A stretch of 64,000 nt of DNA from Yuukianura sp. NJ FZ-2021 (Eukaryota), in assembly GCA_046563655.1 (NCBI GenBank), contig CM102286.1, positions 2,418,001 through 2,482,000 of the forward strand, in the 5' to 3' direction. Numbering within the stretch: the stretch's first letter is position 1; the number at the start of each line of letters is the position of its first letter. A program made the position numbers and the translations under genes. Shown one piece after another: positions 23,848 through 38,615 of the stretch. A model generated the notes under the pieces. The model saw only the letters and a list, made by a program, of their open reading frames with translations, searched no databases and had not been told where the DNA came from.

Positions 23848-26712
23848 TTAGAACTTGAACTCCTTGTATTTCTTCGTCTGTTTTGGATCCGGTTGTTGCA
23901 TCTGCCGTTTTCGTTTATTCTAGAAGAAAAAAAAACAGTTGTAAGTGTTACAGGATTTTAAAACTTTTAAAATCAAAAACGTTTCCTTACCTTTTGCTTT
24001 GCCGCATGTTCTGCTACCATGTCAGACAAATCTTCCTTCTGAAGGTGAGACTGCTCTTCTCGTAGCCTTTGTTCATAGCGAGCAGCCATTTGATCCGAAT
24101 CCAAATCCAATTCAGATGGATCCAGTGCCATTTCTACGCGTGTCTGCCCCTTGTCTCTTCCACTACTTTGTCCAGCAGCGCTGATGTCGTAAACATGCGT
24201 AGACGCCATCATGGCTCCACTGATTCTGTCTACTCTCTTCTCCGGAAGTACTGTGTACAATGCTGGCGTCTCTCCACTAAAAACAACAAAATAGTAAATC
24301 AAAATCATCACATCTGAAAATTAACATTAAGATTTTTGAATTCCTCACCCTTCCATGTCTTGCTCGATTCTTCTCTTTCTCAATTCAATCAACTCTGGAG
24401 TTTCTAATCCGGCTGGAATGGATGAAAATCCGGACGGTGTAGTGAGTCCTTCAGCTGGAGTTTGCATGCCACTTTCCACATCTCCAGCACCTTCAGCTTC
24501 CTTTTCTTCCTCCTCCTCTTCTTCCTCTTCTTCACTTTCCTGTTCCTCCTCTGATTCAAGTTCACCCCAAAGCCCCTTATCCGCTTCTTCCTCTCCTCCT
24601 TCCTAAAATTATGAAAACACACAATCACAAGACATTCATTCGGCAATTTATCATTGATATTGGCAATTGATTAGTAGTTGACTTCACAGAAATTGTGTCA
24701 TACCGTTTCACCATTGGTTAAGCCAAAGACGTCTCCATACAGAGGTCTCCCGAGTTCGTCCACAGGAGGCTTCCCCCAACCACCAGCATGATAGCCAAAA
24801 CTGCATTGCTCAGGAATCGGAGCATTCAGCCCAGGAATTTTGAGATGAGGGTATGATGGAGGCGGGCCATATCTAAGCACGAGGGAAAAATAATGCTGTA
24901 ATGCGGTACGCCTCTGTAAGATATATTAATGCGTAAATATTAAAAATTATGTTAATACTTACCTCTGCATTGCAATCAACCATGGTGGCGGAATCCGATG
25001 TGAATTTGGGCCAATTGGCATCCCCAGAGCAGTTTTCAAATCATCAGACAAATCCCCGGGTTTCTTGTCCTTCATCCTTGTTTCAAATTCCTTCCCCTCG
25101 TAGTACAAGTCTCCGTGAATAGTCATTTTAGGCTTGGATTGCCATCTGTAAGAAAAATGAAAGCAGTTTTTAAATAAAGATGGTCTAAAGATTGATTTAA
25201 CACTGAGATTCATTTTGATCTGTGCAGCTTCTTCCTTACTTGAAAAATGCGTCATGAAGCTTCTGATAATCGACGTCAATCTTCCCCATCTTCGGTCTGA
25301 CGCGCTCCCTCATTTTGGCTTTTAGTGTTTTCGTTTCTTCCTTCTCAGCCAGAGCAGCTCTCATCTCCATAATTCCAGTTTTCTTGATGAATCCAGGCAA
25401 GTCGAAGGGAGCTTTCTCAATACCTCTTTTACCTTGCAAATACTGAAAAAACGAAAAGCAAATCATACTTATGCTAACTTAGACTACAAATTTTACATAA
25501 ACTTAAGTTAGTCAAATTAAGTTGTTACCTTTCGTTTAAAACACCAATGTCTCGGAACTGGAACAGTATTTCTGTATGACTTCAAATGCACGAGTAGCTT
25601 TGGATCGCGAGCAGTGACATCGTGCATTTCGACTACGTCTGGTCGCGGAACAACCTGCTTCAACTCTGCGACGGAAAGACGCGTCAACTTCTTCAGTCTC
25701 CTTTTAGACATCTTGGGCTTCTCATCTTCCTTTTTCTATAACAAAAATAACCATAAGGTTTTTGTTACAGATCAATCAGTTTTAAAAAGAAACGTCTAAA
25801 CTTACCTCTTCCAAATCTTCCTCCAAATCAATCTTTGGAACTTTCGATAACTTCTGTAGTTCTTCTGGAGTCGGCTTAACATCTCCAGAGTCTCCCTTGT
25901 TTCTGTTGAACGCCGAATCACTAATCCGAAAGTTCTCAAACACATTTGCAAACGCCTTGTACATCGGATCGAACACACTTAGTTGAATCTTCTCAGGAAC
26001 ATACCTGTAATAGTGAAATTAGTAATTACGACAAAGTACACCAATCTATTAATGTTTCAGTTGCGTTAGACTTTCACTTACTCAATTTCCACTTCAGGCA
26101 GGATTTCGACCTCAGAATTATCATATGCATCGGATTTGGGTTCAGACTTGACTTGAACGTCGAAGAAATGGTGTTTCTTCTTTTTCTTCTTCTTTCGCGT
26201 ATCCTTCTTCCCCGTCTCTCCAGAAGTAGCTGCAGCCTGGTTCCTCTGTTCTTGATGTCGGCGCAACTGTTCTTGTTGTATCTGCTGAAGCTGAGGATCA
26301 GTGGTGTTGTTGTTTACATCGTCCGGTTGATCATTGTTATTATTGTCTCCAACGAGTTGAAGCTCTTCATTCTCATTCTCTGGTGCCTGCAACTGTACAA
26401 CTTCTCCACCCTCATGTGATTCGCCATTTTGAATACTTGGATCGTTTTCGTTTTCCAGCTCTACTGCATGCTGCAAAGCTTCCGCCGGGGCCCCTTCAAC
26501 TTCTACTGCTCCGTTCTCCATCGGATTAGGATTGCTATTGCTATCCTGTAACCAGAACAAAAGAAAGTGAACGTTAGGTGATATTCAGTATAAAAATTAA
26601 GTAATCAAGCATTATTAGAACGTCATGGACTATGGATTCTCAAACCTACCGTGTCGTCGTAATACGACTGGTCATCAGCAAACCCGATTCCTGAATCCTC
26701 AGCCGACTCCAT
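23848..26712 (-). CDS. SF3B2: Splicing factor 3B subunit 2 (SAP145/Cus1)
   Basis: RLSVAELKQVVPRPDVVEMHDVTARDPKLLVHLK, VPVPRHWCFKRKYLQGKRGIEK, PSP domain (PPPWLIAMQRYGPPPSYPHLKIPGLNAPIP), C-terminal KKYKEFKF. Start exon inferred. Confidence 0.96.
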
Positions 26713-27498
26713 AGGGTAAAATGATATCTATCTGTTAAAACGTTTATAAGACAAATGTTTTATTCAATTATGGTCCTTCCGTAATCTGTGGGGGTTTCGT
26801 TCTTTGACGTCCCGGTCTTTATCGTTTATCGTCGTTTTAGTGGCTTCAGTTAATCCAAGCTGTGAGACAATTATCTCCAGTCACAAGTAAAACTGAGGAA
26901 ACACATACACAACAACAATCGCTCAACAACTTCCAATGTTGATAAAACGGAATTTGTTAACAGGAGTCAAAGGACAAAAAATAAGAATTCGAAACCGAGT
27001 GTACTGGTGTACTCTGTACTACACCAAGAAAAATTTCGGTTCGGCTTGACTAGGTGTCACCCCTAACTCACCCTTGCCTCAACTTCCAACATGGGCCAAT
27101 CAAGAATTATTGTGCCCATGTGTGAATTGTTAAATATACATGTAAATTTATTATATAAATTCACAAAACAAAAAAGAATATAAGTTATAATTTTTAATTC
27201 ATTCTTCCCTAAACGGCGTTAAAGAAACATTATTACAAATAATTAAAATCAGAGGTGAACATTTTATCTTTGTGAAAATAAAAAAAATGGACTGATTAAA
27301 TTTAACTTTACAGAACTAACGTTAAATGTATGATTTGTGTGTGGCACAAAAGTGTACTGGTGTAAGTTAATCCTAATTTCATCTTGGGTAGTTACTAAAA
27401 TATGCGAGAAAGTTGTGACTATTAGAAGAACAGATAAATTTAAAGCCTAACTTTTAAAGCTCGTTGATTCAATTTCAATCTCAATTAGTAAATGACTT

Positions 27499-30400
27499 TT
27501 ACTTTAAGTCAATGTAGTCTGAATCAGCTTCTTCACTGATTCTATCATCACCCTCGTCTATTTTCCTTTCATTGTCGTTTTCAATGTCTCCAGTGTTGGG
27601 TACAGCAGAGTCGCTGGTGGAACAGGAATCTTTTTCACCAGTTTTTGGTTCTGGTGCCACCGCTGCTGCAGCGATGTAGATCTAAAACATCACGTTTTCA
27701 AAATTAACCACTCAAAAAAATTGTTATAAATCTTTTGAACAAGCTTACCTCATCGTATGCCAAATCCAAGAAAAGTTCCTGAAGAAACCTCCTTAGTGGC
27801 AGTCGAACATTGTACTCACTTATTATATCGCAAACGTCGCAGTATATTCCAATATCTTGAAATGCACTTGGATATTTTTGTTTTAGCCTAAAAACAAATA
27901 AAATTTTCAATTTGGCACAAAGTCAACAATTTCTGAAAAAAAAATAAGACGTTCCTTACCTTAATAGTCCTTGTTCAGTAGCTTTTACACCAATACAACT
28001 TATCATATTAGACACCAATCGCATAATCTCGTCATAAACTGCACGTCGACCTTCACTTTCATTTTCACTGTTGGACTGACGTAAACTACGAAGCTGTGTT
28101 TTCGAAAAGAGATAAGGGGCATCAGTAGATTTTTGCGAAGGTTGGCCATCTCCTATAAAAAACGAAATTGAAACTAGAATTCTACGTTTTTTTTTTCAAA
28201 AACTAAAAGTTAAAGTTTAATTAAAATTTTCCTTTAAAAGCTACCTTCGCCCAGCCTCAGGTGAGTGGAAACCGAATTCGGAACTGTGCCTGACTCCACA
28301 ACGAATATCATATTGAGGTTTTTTGGAAGGCAGAACCCCATGAAACACGGAGTTTTAGTGAGTTGTTGATCTGGGCGACTCCTATACGAAGGGGTTGACA
28401 GTGACGTTAGGGAGGTATTGACTCGTTTCAGTTTGGATTCATTGAAGAGATCTCTCGGTGTCAACTGAATATGTCTATCCAAACTGCCAGTTTTTATTTC
28501 TCGAAGTGACATGCGTCTCTGAGGGGAGTGTGCTGGAAAGATATCTGAGCCTCCAGAAGTTGGAATCCTTATAATTGGTTTTCGGATCATAGAACGATAG
28601 AAACTAGGAACTTTTTGGTGCAGAAATTCGTCCAAGACGGATCCTGAAGGCTCTGAAAACGCAATCACCGTGTTTAAAAAAAATATTTTTTGAAATTTTT
28701 AAAATTTTGAATTTCCTAAACTTCTGTTAAGTGTCACCTCTGAAGGAAGCAGAGTCAACGGAGTGTCTTTCTCGTTGCTGATCAGCCGCCGGTACAGCTA
28801 TTGAAGCTGTGCTGGCAATCGGACTTAGCGTTTGAACGAATTCACTGGCAGTTCCCGGTGACGACGTAAAGTATGGCGGTGAGGCTCCAAGTGACAACGA
28901 CTCCTGGTCACCCATTCGTCCATGCTCGGCTGAACATTCTGAACGACTTTTGGCTATCCGCCAATTGCTAATATTGGCCAGGCGATACTCTCTGTACTCA
29001 GAGTCATCTACTGGAGTGTTCCCACTTCCACTCAAATTCGAAGTTAACGAGGACAGTCTCTTCCGGATACTCCTGGAGAAGGAATGTTTAGGCGTCGATA
29101 GAACTGGAGCTGAATCCACCACATCTTCAGCCTTTGAATCGTCAGTTTCGAACGTCTCTGCATACTTCGGAGACTCACTTAGCCAACTTGGATTTTCTGG
29201 CTTAATAGCATCAATACTTGAACTTTCTGGAGGAGAAGTGCCAAGTTCTTGCTGATTTTGATTTGATTTCCAGCTAGTTTCGTTTTTGGAAGTGGATCCG
29301 TCGTCTTGGTCAAGGTCAAGATCCAGGTCACGAAGACGACGAAGCGACGGACTCACTCGGGGAATTGCCGAACCCCAAATTGGATACATTTCATGGTGAC
29401 TTCGAGGCATCGTTATCCATCCTGTCAAAATTTTGGACAAAAAGTTTAAAATATTACACAAATTTTTATAAAAGTTGAACATGCTGATTGATATTTCCGT
29501 TGTTCAAAATATTCTATATATGTACCAAGTCTCCCCAAATTTTCAGCTCCAGCTTGTGTTGAAGCGATTAGGCAAAGACAGTGAAACACGGTATGACGAA
29601 CGGAAAGTATTGGACAACTGCTGCCAAGTTGAACAATTGCTTCGACCATTTCATGATTGTCCAGAACCGACAGTCCGTCCAGCGAAGTTCCAAAATGACT
29701 CAAGCTCCATAACGCCGCTTTCAAATTCCGCGTCTCTTCAGTCGTTTCACACTTTGATTTGTGTACTACCTGCAAAACATAAGTACATAAAGCACATATT
29801 AAACAGAATAACAACGTATAATCAACAATTAAGTAATTAATTTACTTAGCATTTCACTCACGTCAATCAATTTGTTAATTTCTCCTTGCTCAACAAGTAA
29901 ATCGAATCCAGCCTTATGTTGAGCCAACTGACCATATAGGTGTGGCGGTACAAAAATATCTTTAAACTTAGATTGTTCGGTTAGTTTAGTAGCTCGTTCC
30001 GGGTATTTCCCATCATCGCCTCTCCTTAGAGTTGAAACAGAATCGCGAACCAAAACTTCAACAACTTCGACGTACCTATACAAGCAGCATAAAAAGATAT
30101 AAGTTTTGAAATATACACCTCAAAATTTTTAAAGTTATTCAATTTCGAAACCAACCTTTTATTAAAAGTTTTTCTCCAATGACGAACTTCTTTCTCAAGG
30201 AGTTTCGATTCTTGTAAGTATTTGTACCCCGACGGTAAAGATGCAAAAGACGCTTGCAGTAGAATACCACGGTCTCCAAATTTTGCAAAAGAAGGTCGAA
30301 GCGAAATGAGAGATTCTAGAAATAACTGTCACAAAAACAGAAATTTTTAGAAAATCCTATTTGAAAAACACAAAAATTAAAAAAAAACACTACCTTATCG

Positions 30401-33400
30401 TGAACAGCTTCTTCAAGAATATCTAAGGCAATGAGAGCAATGACTGGATTCGTATCTTCCAGTCTCTCCATTAACGACTCTGCTCCCCATTTACTAAAAT
30501 TGTGCGGTTTGACTCGTACTAAAATCCTAAGGAACTTTGTGGCATAGATTCGCGTTCGATCAATCGGAGAAGTCAGGACGACGTGCAAGATTTGCCTACA
30601 AATTAAATAAAAAACAATGAAAAACTTAGAAACTCGAATTCTGATGCAAGATTGTTGTATTCCATACCTGGAGTACTCATCACCGTAATAGAGGCAAGAG
30701 ATGATCAGTTTCATGTAGTCGTCGTGCCGTACTTCTCGAATGACATCGACTAAACGCTGCAGAATGTCAGCCTTTTTGAGAACACGGATTCCATTGGTAC
30801 TGCGACTCAGTTTTCCAATGAACAGGAAATAAGCCTGGCTCAGCGTTGATTCCATTTTAAACGGACTCCACAAGGCCAAGTGTGGATTCTCTTTGCGACG
30901 TAGCAGGTCGTCTAGATGTACAGCGATATCCACCACAATTTCTTCTAAGAGAACGGATCCGCTAAAATTCTGTAACGGTAACCAAAAAAAAGTTCAAAGA
31001 AAAATCAAAATTTTAATGAAAACTTTCTCTTACCTGAACACTATCAGCCAGGAATTGAAATAAAGTGCACCCAACTTGAGCAAAAAGTTTTGAATTTTCT
31101 TTGTCTAGTTCCAATCTATCAAAGTTATTTGTCGAAGGTTTGTAAAAATCAACTAAGCGTTTCAGAAAAAGTCTCCACGAGTTGTCTTCTACGCGTTTCA
31201 GTGGAGGCGGAGACCACTATAAAACAAAACCAAAATTTTGAAGAAAAAAAAAGTTTTTGAAATTAAGTTTCATTTTTTGGTTCTACGTTATTACCCGAAG
31301 TAGACAACAAATCGCTTCCCAATGCCAACTCATGGGATCCTTTGTGGCGAGTACCATCGTTTCTTTGAGCAACTTCGTTGGGTTTGTATCAATTTCTTTT
31401 CTCAAAATCTGTAAAAGTAAGTTATTTTTATGAAGTTTTCATGTTTTCCTCCAAAATGTTAAAAAGTTTTAACTGTTTTTACCCTGTTCAGTTGTAGTTC
31501 TCCCAATCGATCAAAAAATGCATGACTGTTCTTCTTCGAGAATCCAGCAAAGGACATTTGCATCTGGAGAAACATGGAAGAAGGGACTGGAGCTTTGGCC
31601 TTGACGTCGTGCAGGAGACTCAGCACTGTAATGGCCTCCATGGCTCTTTGTTGTTTCATTTGCGGCGTGAGGGAGGAAGAGGCAAAGGCAGAATTCGTGT
31701 GCGTTTTGATATTGAACGTGGAGACTCCCATTGCATGTTGTACTAGTGAAGGAATTGACTGTGTCGGGTCAAAACAGTCAATTGGAAGGTAGTGATCGGA
31801 GAGGCAGAGTAGTTCACCCAGAAGTACAGTGGCTCTTACACTTAAAAACGTATCACTCGTTAGGATTACATCAACAAGGGCTTCCAGAAGACCACTTCTG
31901 ACGAGACAGAGGATTAGAAGACCAGTGTGGTTGGCAGTGATATTCGGTCTATCAAGAAAAAAAAACAACAAAATTCGTCAGATAAAGATGAAAATGAAAT
32001 CGATTTTAAATAAAACTTAAGTTTCCTTACGTGAAATTTGCTAAGTGAGGCAGTAATGAATTTGCTTCTTCGATAATAAATCCTAAAGTTGCACAAAACA
32101 AAACGTTTTAAGCGGCTTCGAGTTAGTCAATTAAAAAATTACCCTCTTGAAGTTTCCAGTTATCCCTGGGATGAGACGGATCAACGGCCGCAATTGCCAC
32201 TTTCACTTCATCAGTCCAAGTTGGAAATTCAAGTCCGATGATTTCACACAGCAAATCTAGAATGGTTCTCTGAATAAAAAAAATTAGACATTACAGTTTT
32301 AGCCAAAATCCGAAATTTTTACCTACCAAACAAAAAAAATAACAAAAATAACAACGTCACTTCGATGTGATGATGATGAAAATACTGAACATACGCGGAT
32401 CTCAAATTGTTCGATGTAGAGGGAATCGATTAGCGCTTGGAGACCATTTTTGCAGAAGTTAAGAAGCCCACTCCAACTGCGCAATAAAATTCCAATTGCA
32501 ATTTTCGAAGACCGGTAGCCCAACTCTCGTTCATCCCTAAAAATACAAAAAAAAAAGTGTAAATTAAAATTATTACATTGATTTCTGCGGAATACTAGAG
32601 AATTATGTGAAAAGTCTTAAAAGTTACATTTCTGCATCTGGATTGGAGTGGTATCCAGTATGTTTGAAATGGAGATCAGTGAGTGGAGCCACCAGCCCTT
32701 GAAGGTTGATGCCGGCGATGTGCCTGGTAAGTGGCGAATTGAGCAAATGAAATAAACTTCCCAGGATTCCTTCAAGCACCATTGGAGATAAGCAGCCGAA
32801 GATGTTATGCAGCAGAACCCGCACACCACCACAAGAGATGAATTGCTGAGGATTCAGTAAAGCTACAACAAAAGAGAGGAGATTTAAGCAATTTCGAATG
32901 TACTGATTGTAATTTTCTAGCTTTTTAGATTTTACCAAGTTGGCACAACACAGACAAGCTGCTTCTGTGAAGTTTATCGCGATCCAATTGTCCATCAAAG
33001 CCAATGGAAATTAGAGCCCGCGTAATCGCAACTGGAAAGTGTTTGGCTCCGGAAGGTGTAGAGAGAATTTTTTGACAGAGCCGGATGGCTTGAATCCTCT
33101 CTCCGGAATTATTCAACACAACGTCAATGGATCGTGCAACTAACGTATCTATTCCGAGGGAGTTGGCAGCAATCACGTCTTCCTCGTGCCTCAGTAAATG
33201 ACGTATAACACGAAGAGCAGCTATCCTTATCACTGGAGCTTCTTGAACTAATGGCACGCGCAAACTAAAATGGAAACAAAAAATAAAAAATTGCAATATA
33301 CCAACTAAATATTGAAGAACTAAACACTTACCATATAAAAATACGATGAATATCAAAAGTGAGTCTGGTGGAAGCAGTTGTCTGGTATTGCATAAATTTC

Positions 33401-33782
33401 ACGAATGCGTTGAGGTAGGCCAGTCTTTTCGTCTTCGTGATTCCATCCTTCTGGGAAATGTGATACAGGATTGTATTGAGGACATCCTGCGGATCTAAAA
33501 AAAAAAGCATAACGTTCCGGCATTATTGTGAAACCGATACAATTCGTAAGTGCAGATATCCGCTTGGCAAACCGACCTGAATTAAAATCTATGGAGACTT
33601 CCTTAAGGTCTTTTGCTCTCGTTTGCGGTTCTGTAATTTAAAAATCATTGGCATCATCAATTAATCCTTAGTAAAAGTAATTGACTTTGACTCAAAAACT
33701 TACGACGTTGGTAAGGACGATTTGGAGGGTACCTTCTCTCGGTGCCTTTTGCGGCGGATTTTAAATAGAATAAATTGCTCAT
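27499..33782 (-). CDS. RICTOR: Rapamycin-insensitive companion of TOR (TORC2 subunit)
   Basis: IRIAALRVIRHL, ERIQAIRLCQKIL, ILLRSWSGLL, SVRATVLLGELL, YFLFIGKLS, RIYATKFLRIL, VPPHLYGQLAQH, KAALWSLSHFGTS, YNVRLPLRRFLQELF; many short introns. Termini inferred. Confidence 0.93.
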
Positions 33783-34627
33783 GAGGACCCGTCATATATC
33801 ATATTCCAAACTGCAATTTTAGGATAAACGTCGTCCTCCATTTAGTACCTCTAAAGATAAACAAATATTTAGGTTAATTGAACAAAACTAGAAATTGAAA
33901 TTGAAGAAATTGAAAATGAACCTGACAAACCGGTATATCTGACCTCCCCATGTTCCTTTCATTCATTTACACACAAAATCGGTTATTAACAGTGAGAGGC
34001 AGAGGAGGCGACATTCAGTGATAAAGACGAGAGCGCAGAGATAAACAAAACTATTTGATAAAAAACACATAATGACAATGAGGTCAATGGCCAAATTTAA
34101 GTGGTTTTGTTTACAATTTTAAATCGATTGAAACTCCCGCCAAACAAATAAAAATACAAACGCATATTGATGTCATTCCAGAAGTTTGAAATTTTCGGCG
34201 CGAACATAAATCAACCTTAACATTTGCCGTGTAAAAATCAAATCATCATATCATATCATTATGTCAACACACATCTCAAAAATGTAAAGCACTGAATTAA
34301 TTACTAGCTAATTATCAATTAGTAATTAATTACCAACACTAACGGCTACTCGTCCTTCTAGTTAGTTCATCAGTAAAGGGATATAAGGTAAGACGTAGTG
34401 ATTTACTTTTGTCCTGTAACTGTCATGGTCCTAATTAATTAATTCATAGTCGATGTGTTTTCCACGATTTTGCCACACACAATACGACACTATTTTTACG
34501 TTATCTTTAAATTGACACTTTTTTGTTTACAGGTATAGTAGATGCCAATTTTTTCAATAATTTATCTCACAGAAGTCTGAGTTGCGGCATCAAACGACGT
34601 TTAGGATACAGATTGACGGAGATTGAA

Positions 34628-35972
34628 ATGCTAAATTCCTGTAGAGTAATTACCCGGGCTCCTACGTTTGGGTCGTGCATTGTTGGGGCAAAGGTTGACA
34701 GAAATTTTTTCACTGCTGCTCCATTACAAAAGTTTTATGAATACCATCCAAAAGGAGAGTATAAGGATCGTGTCAACCAGGATCCCAAAGAAGAAGCAGA
34801 AGGCCGGAGAGTAAGAAATTTCGTAGTAAATAGTCGTAACTCGTAAATATCATTGAACATTTTCGAGGAACCTATCTAATGTTGGCCTTGAACACTGATT
34901 ACTTCCAGCGCCAGCGTGCCAATCTGTACGGATTGAAGGATGGATTCAAGGACTTGAGGGTAGAAATTGACAAGTGGTCGAACGAGTGGAAAGAACGCCT
35001 CACCGTGGAAACTATAGTCAATCAAGGTAAGGATCAAGGATAACGTTATTTCATTTTTCATTGTCTAATTGTGTGAATTTTTCGTTATTGTTAAATTTTT
35101 AAGGTGACCGTACTGTGGTATGGAACTTCCAAGAACCAGACATACTGAATAAGTGGACAACTGCCTGTGACAGTGACTTTGGTGAAGGTTATAGTCGCTG
35201 TGAACTAACAAAGAGTCCAACCGGTAAGTCCGTCAATAAATTTTTAGCAAGTATTTCAATTCACATCGTTTGAATTACGTATTTGAAGTGAAATATTGTT
35301 TTGCTTTGATTCAGGGAAGGCTCTCTTCCAAGGATTTGTGAACACAAGACCTCCTGAAGATGGCAAAATAAAAAAGGCAGGCTTTGCTGCAATGCGATGT
35401 CATCGAATCATGGTAAATTCCCAGTCAAGTACACTAATTTCAGATTAACTGGTCGATTAACTTGCAATTAACGTGTGCTCATTTACTTCTGTAGAAGTCT
35501 TTCAACCGTGAGTCACATCTCGACTGGACGTGTTATACCCATTTGGTGATGAGGGTACGTGGAGATGGTCGCAACTACAACATAACGATTTCCACTGCTG
35601 GCGAATTTGACATCACCTGGAATGACAGTTACCACTACGTCTTATACACGCGTGGTGGACCTTATTGGCAATACGTTAAGGTAACACCTAAATCAAACTT
35701 CAAATTTCCAACACAATCGCTGAAAACTGAACACCATTCTCATTTTGTAGATCCCGTTTAGTAAATTTGTGTTTGGAAGCAAAGGCAGAGTTCAAGACAC
35801 GCAAGAGCCGCTTCGTACTGACAGAATAGCAGCACTTGGACTGGCAGTGGGACAAGTCGACGGACCTTTTTCACTTGAAGTTGATTGGATAGGAGTAGAA
35901 TGTGACCTGGTTAACTTAGAAGAAACAGCATACGAAATGTACCGAATACCTCCATTTGTCGCCAACGTCTAG
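34628..35972 (+). CDS. NDUFAF1: Complex I intermediate-associated protein 30 (CIA30)
   Basis: [74 protein letters not shown]; basic presequence-like N-terminus. Confidence 0.93.
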
Positions 35973-36165
35973 TGTACAGGTACTTTAATTATTAGTAATA
36001 GTTGTCAATTTTAATTTCAATCGCTTTAACGTCCAAGATTAAGATTATTAATCAAAAGTATGAAAATTAAACTAATCCCAAAGTCTTCTTCAGTAGCACG
36101 TCTGTTTATAAAATTACTACGTTTTGCAGTTGATGGACACAGTAAAATTACGGAGTCACGCCACC

Positions 36166-37725
36166 TCATTTCGTTTTCTCATTTTCGTTATCCGGCTCCA
36201 CAGGACTGGGAGTCTTCTGAATAATTTTGTAAGTATCCTTGGTAAAAACGTAGCTCAAGGCGGATATGATTGTACTACCTCCCGTACAGTACCTAAAGGT
36301 TCGGTCAAGATCAAATGAAAATATACGCCGAAGTTCCAAGTTGGAACAACAGCGTTTAACTCAAGTTAAACTAACTTAAGTTTGTGTCTTTTTACAAAGC
36401 ATACCATATGAATACAAGGTGTGAATGTTCTATGGCTGGGAACACAGTGGACAGCAGCGTAGCTCCAATGAGACTTAATTGCACACCGGTATTCACTTTA
36501 GAAATGAAAGTTGGTGCTAATTGGGCCGACGGAGAAGTGATATCAAAGTACCTCGCAAACGTTTTCTAGAGAAAATACAACATGAAACGTAACAGCCACG
36601 TTTGGAGGAACTTTTCACACTGAGGGCACTCAACCCCGAAATTCGAGTGGTAGTTTGTTAACTTACTGGAGGCTGAAGTGATTGGTAACGAATGTAGAAT
36701 CCGGCAGCTATTAGAAAAACGTCTCTGCTCAACACCAAAGCTGTCAAAGGCACTGAAATGAAAATGATATTACATTAGGGTAGTTAAGTACAGTTATTTC
36801 TCAAAATTCATATTAAGCTGATTCACTTTCGTCAGTTCTTAGTTTCCTACCTGGAATTAAGTTGATGTATGTGAGGGACAGAAACAAAGTGCCAACTAGA
36901 ACTTTATCGGCCATAGGATCTAGAAACGACCCTATTACTGATGATTGTCCTGGGACAACTCTAGCAATCCAACCGTCTAGCTGTAAATACAAATCAAATT
37001 GAAATCAAAAATTATCTACCGATCTTCTATGTATAGCCTCACTGTCATGTTATGAACGACGTGTTCTCACCAAATCAGTCAATCCGGCAACGACTAGCAA
37101 TCCAATTGCATAGGGAAAGTGGGAATTCAAGACCAAGTATGCCAGAACAGGCGCCATGCCTACCCGAGCTACACAGAGCCAGTTTGGTATTGTCCAAATA
37201 TTTTCACTAGTGTTTAACTTCTTCAGTGTGTTCATGTACTGGCCCTTCTTGGAAACATTCCCCGTCTTTGTTCCAAAATTTAACCTTTGATAATCAAGAA
37301 GTCCGAAGTAATTGCTGCTGAGTAGCGGAACATTTTGTGAGTGAGTTGAATTCAATGTCATGCAGCAGAAGCTGTTGCTCCGCATCTGTAGCGTTTTGGC
37401 AGGAACAGGAAGCGGCGTGACCCATACATTCTTGTGGAAGGCGTTCCCTGCAAGCACAACGAAGTATGACGTTCAATATTTCTAGCAGTAAATCTGCTGT
37501 ACATTCAGAGGCTTTACCATTGAGGGAGTAATTGTGTAGAATCTTCAGTTGTTGTTTCCTATGTAAGAAACCAATTCTTAGCTGATTTATTCGTCTGGCA
37601 CCAGTCTTGCCGTTGCCAAAAATGGTACGAATGAACTAAGCAAACAAAACTAATTGAGCAAGTTTTACATCTTACAAAAGGTTACAATAATAAAATGTGT
37701 CTCATTCAGTGTACAAAATTACCAT
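36166..37725 (-). CDS. CRLS1: Cardiolipin synthase (CDP-alcohol phosphatidyltransferase)
   Basis: [62 protein letters not shown]. The first coding exon appears to be the ATG alone (37725-37723). Confidence 0.92.
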
Positions 37726-38615
37726 GATTAGAACAAATCGTCGCCGAACTCGAAGGTCCGTGTGGAAATAAATTCATTGCCACATTGACTCAAGATTCCC
37801 AAGGGTTAAGGTTTAAATTTAACATCTAAACATGCTTAAATCAAATAAAACGATTACTTGTTACTTGTAAAACACCAACAATGTTATTGTGGAAATTACT
37901 GAAAAACAAAACAATGCCATATGACAGTTAATGTAAAAGCTACCACACAGCACCCTCATACCACCACATTCCCAAACGTATTTTGCCAGTGCAAAACTGC
38001 AAAATTGCAATTGCGAAACCCACATATCTCGCACTGGGAATTGCCAATTGCCATACCAATTTACATTTTGTTTGTGTTTTGCCACTTATTTTGTAGTTTT
38101 GCAATATTGTAGTTTCCGATATTGTTGTTTTGTAAAGGCAAAACAAAAACCGGCGCCTGCAGCAGGGCTGAGAGGACTGTCACTATAATGTCAAGGGTAC
38201 CGTTAACTTGCAAATTAAGCAAATCAATTTCTTATCAGCTCTTATCCCGTGCAGATTAAACTATGTAATTTTGAAATAAAAGTGCAGTTACACTCAACAA
38301 CCTTACAAAACTTGGAATTTCCAACCTTTCTCATTATATGTTGGGATAAGCACAAACACTAACGCAAAACATTAATCCCAACCCCGGTTCGGTAATTCTA
38401 AATTGGGTATTTTGTTTTTAAATTTGGTACTATACTGTGAGAATGTCAAAATAAGGGATCTTGCAAAACATTCTCTTTGTGATAACGTTAGCTGACTTAA
38501 GTTGACGTAGAACTAAATCCAATAATTTGGTGTAATAATTTAGTTTATGGATTTAGTCTAATTTATTATTGTATTTTATGTAATTTCAGTTCCAAGGAAA
38601 ATTAACGCCTGAAGA

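Noticed and set aside
25946..26419. 157-aa hydrophobic plus-strand ORF
   Set aside because: Antisense shadow of the E/Q/N/K-rich SF3B2 exon; the same applies to other antisense ORFs over Rictor, UTP25 and PPP4R3.
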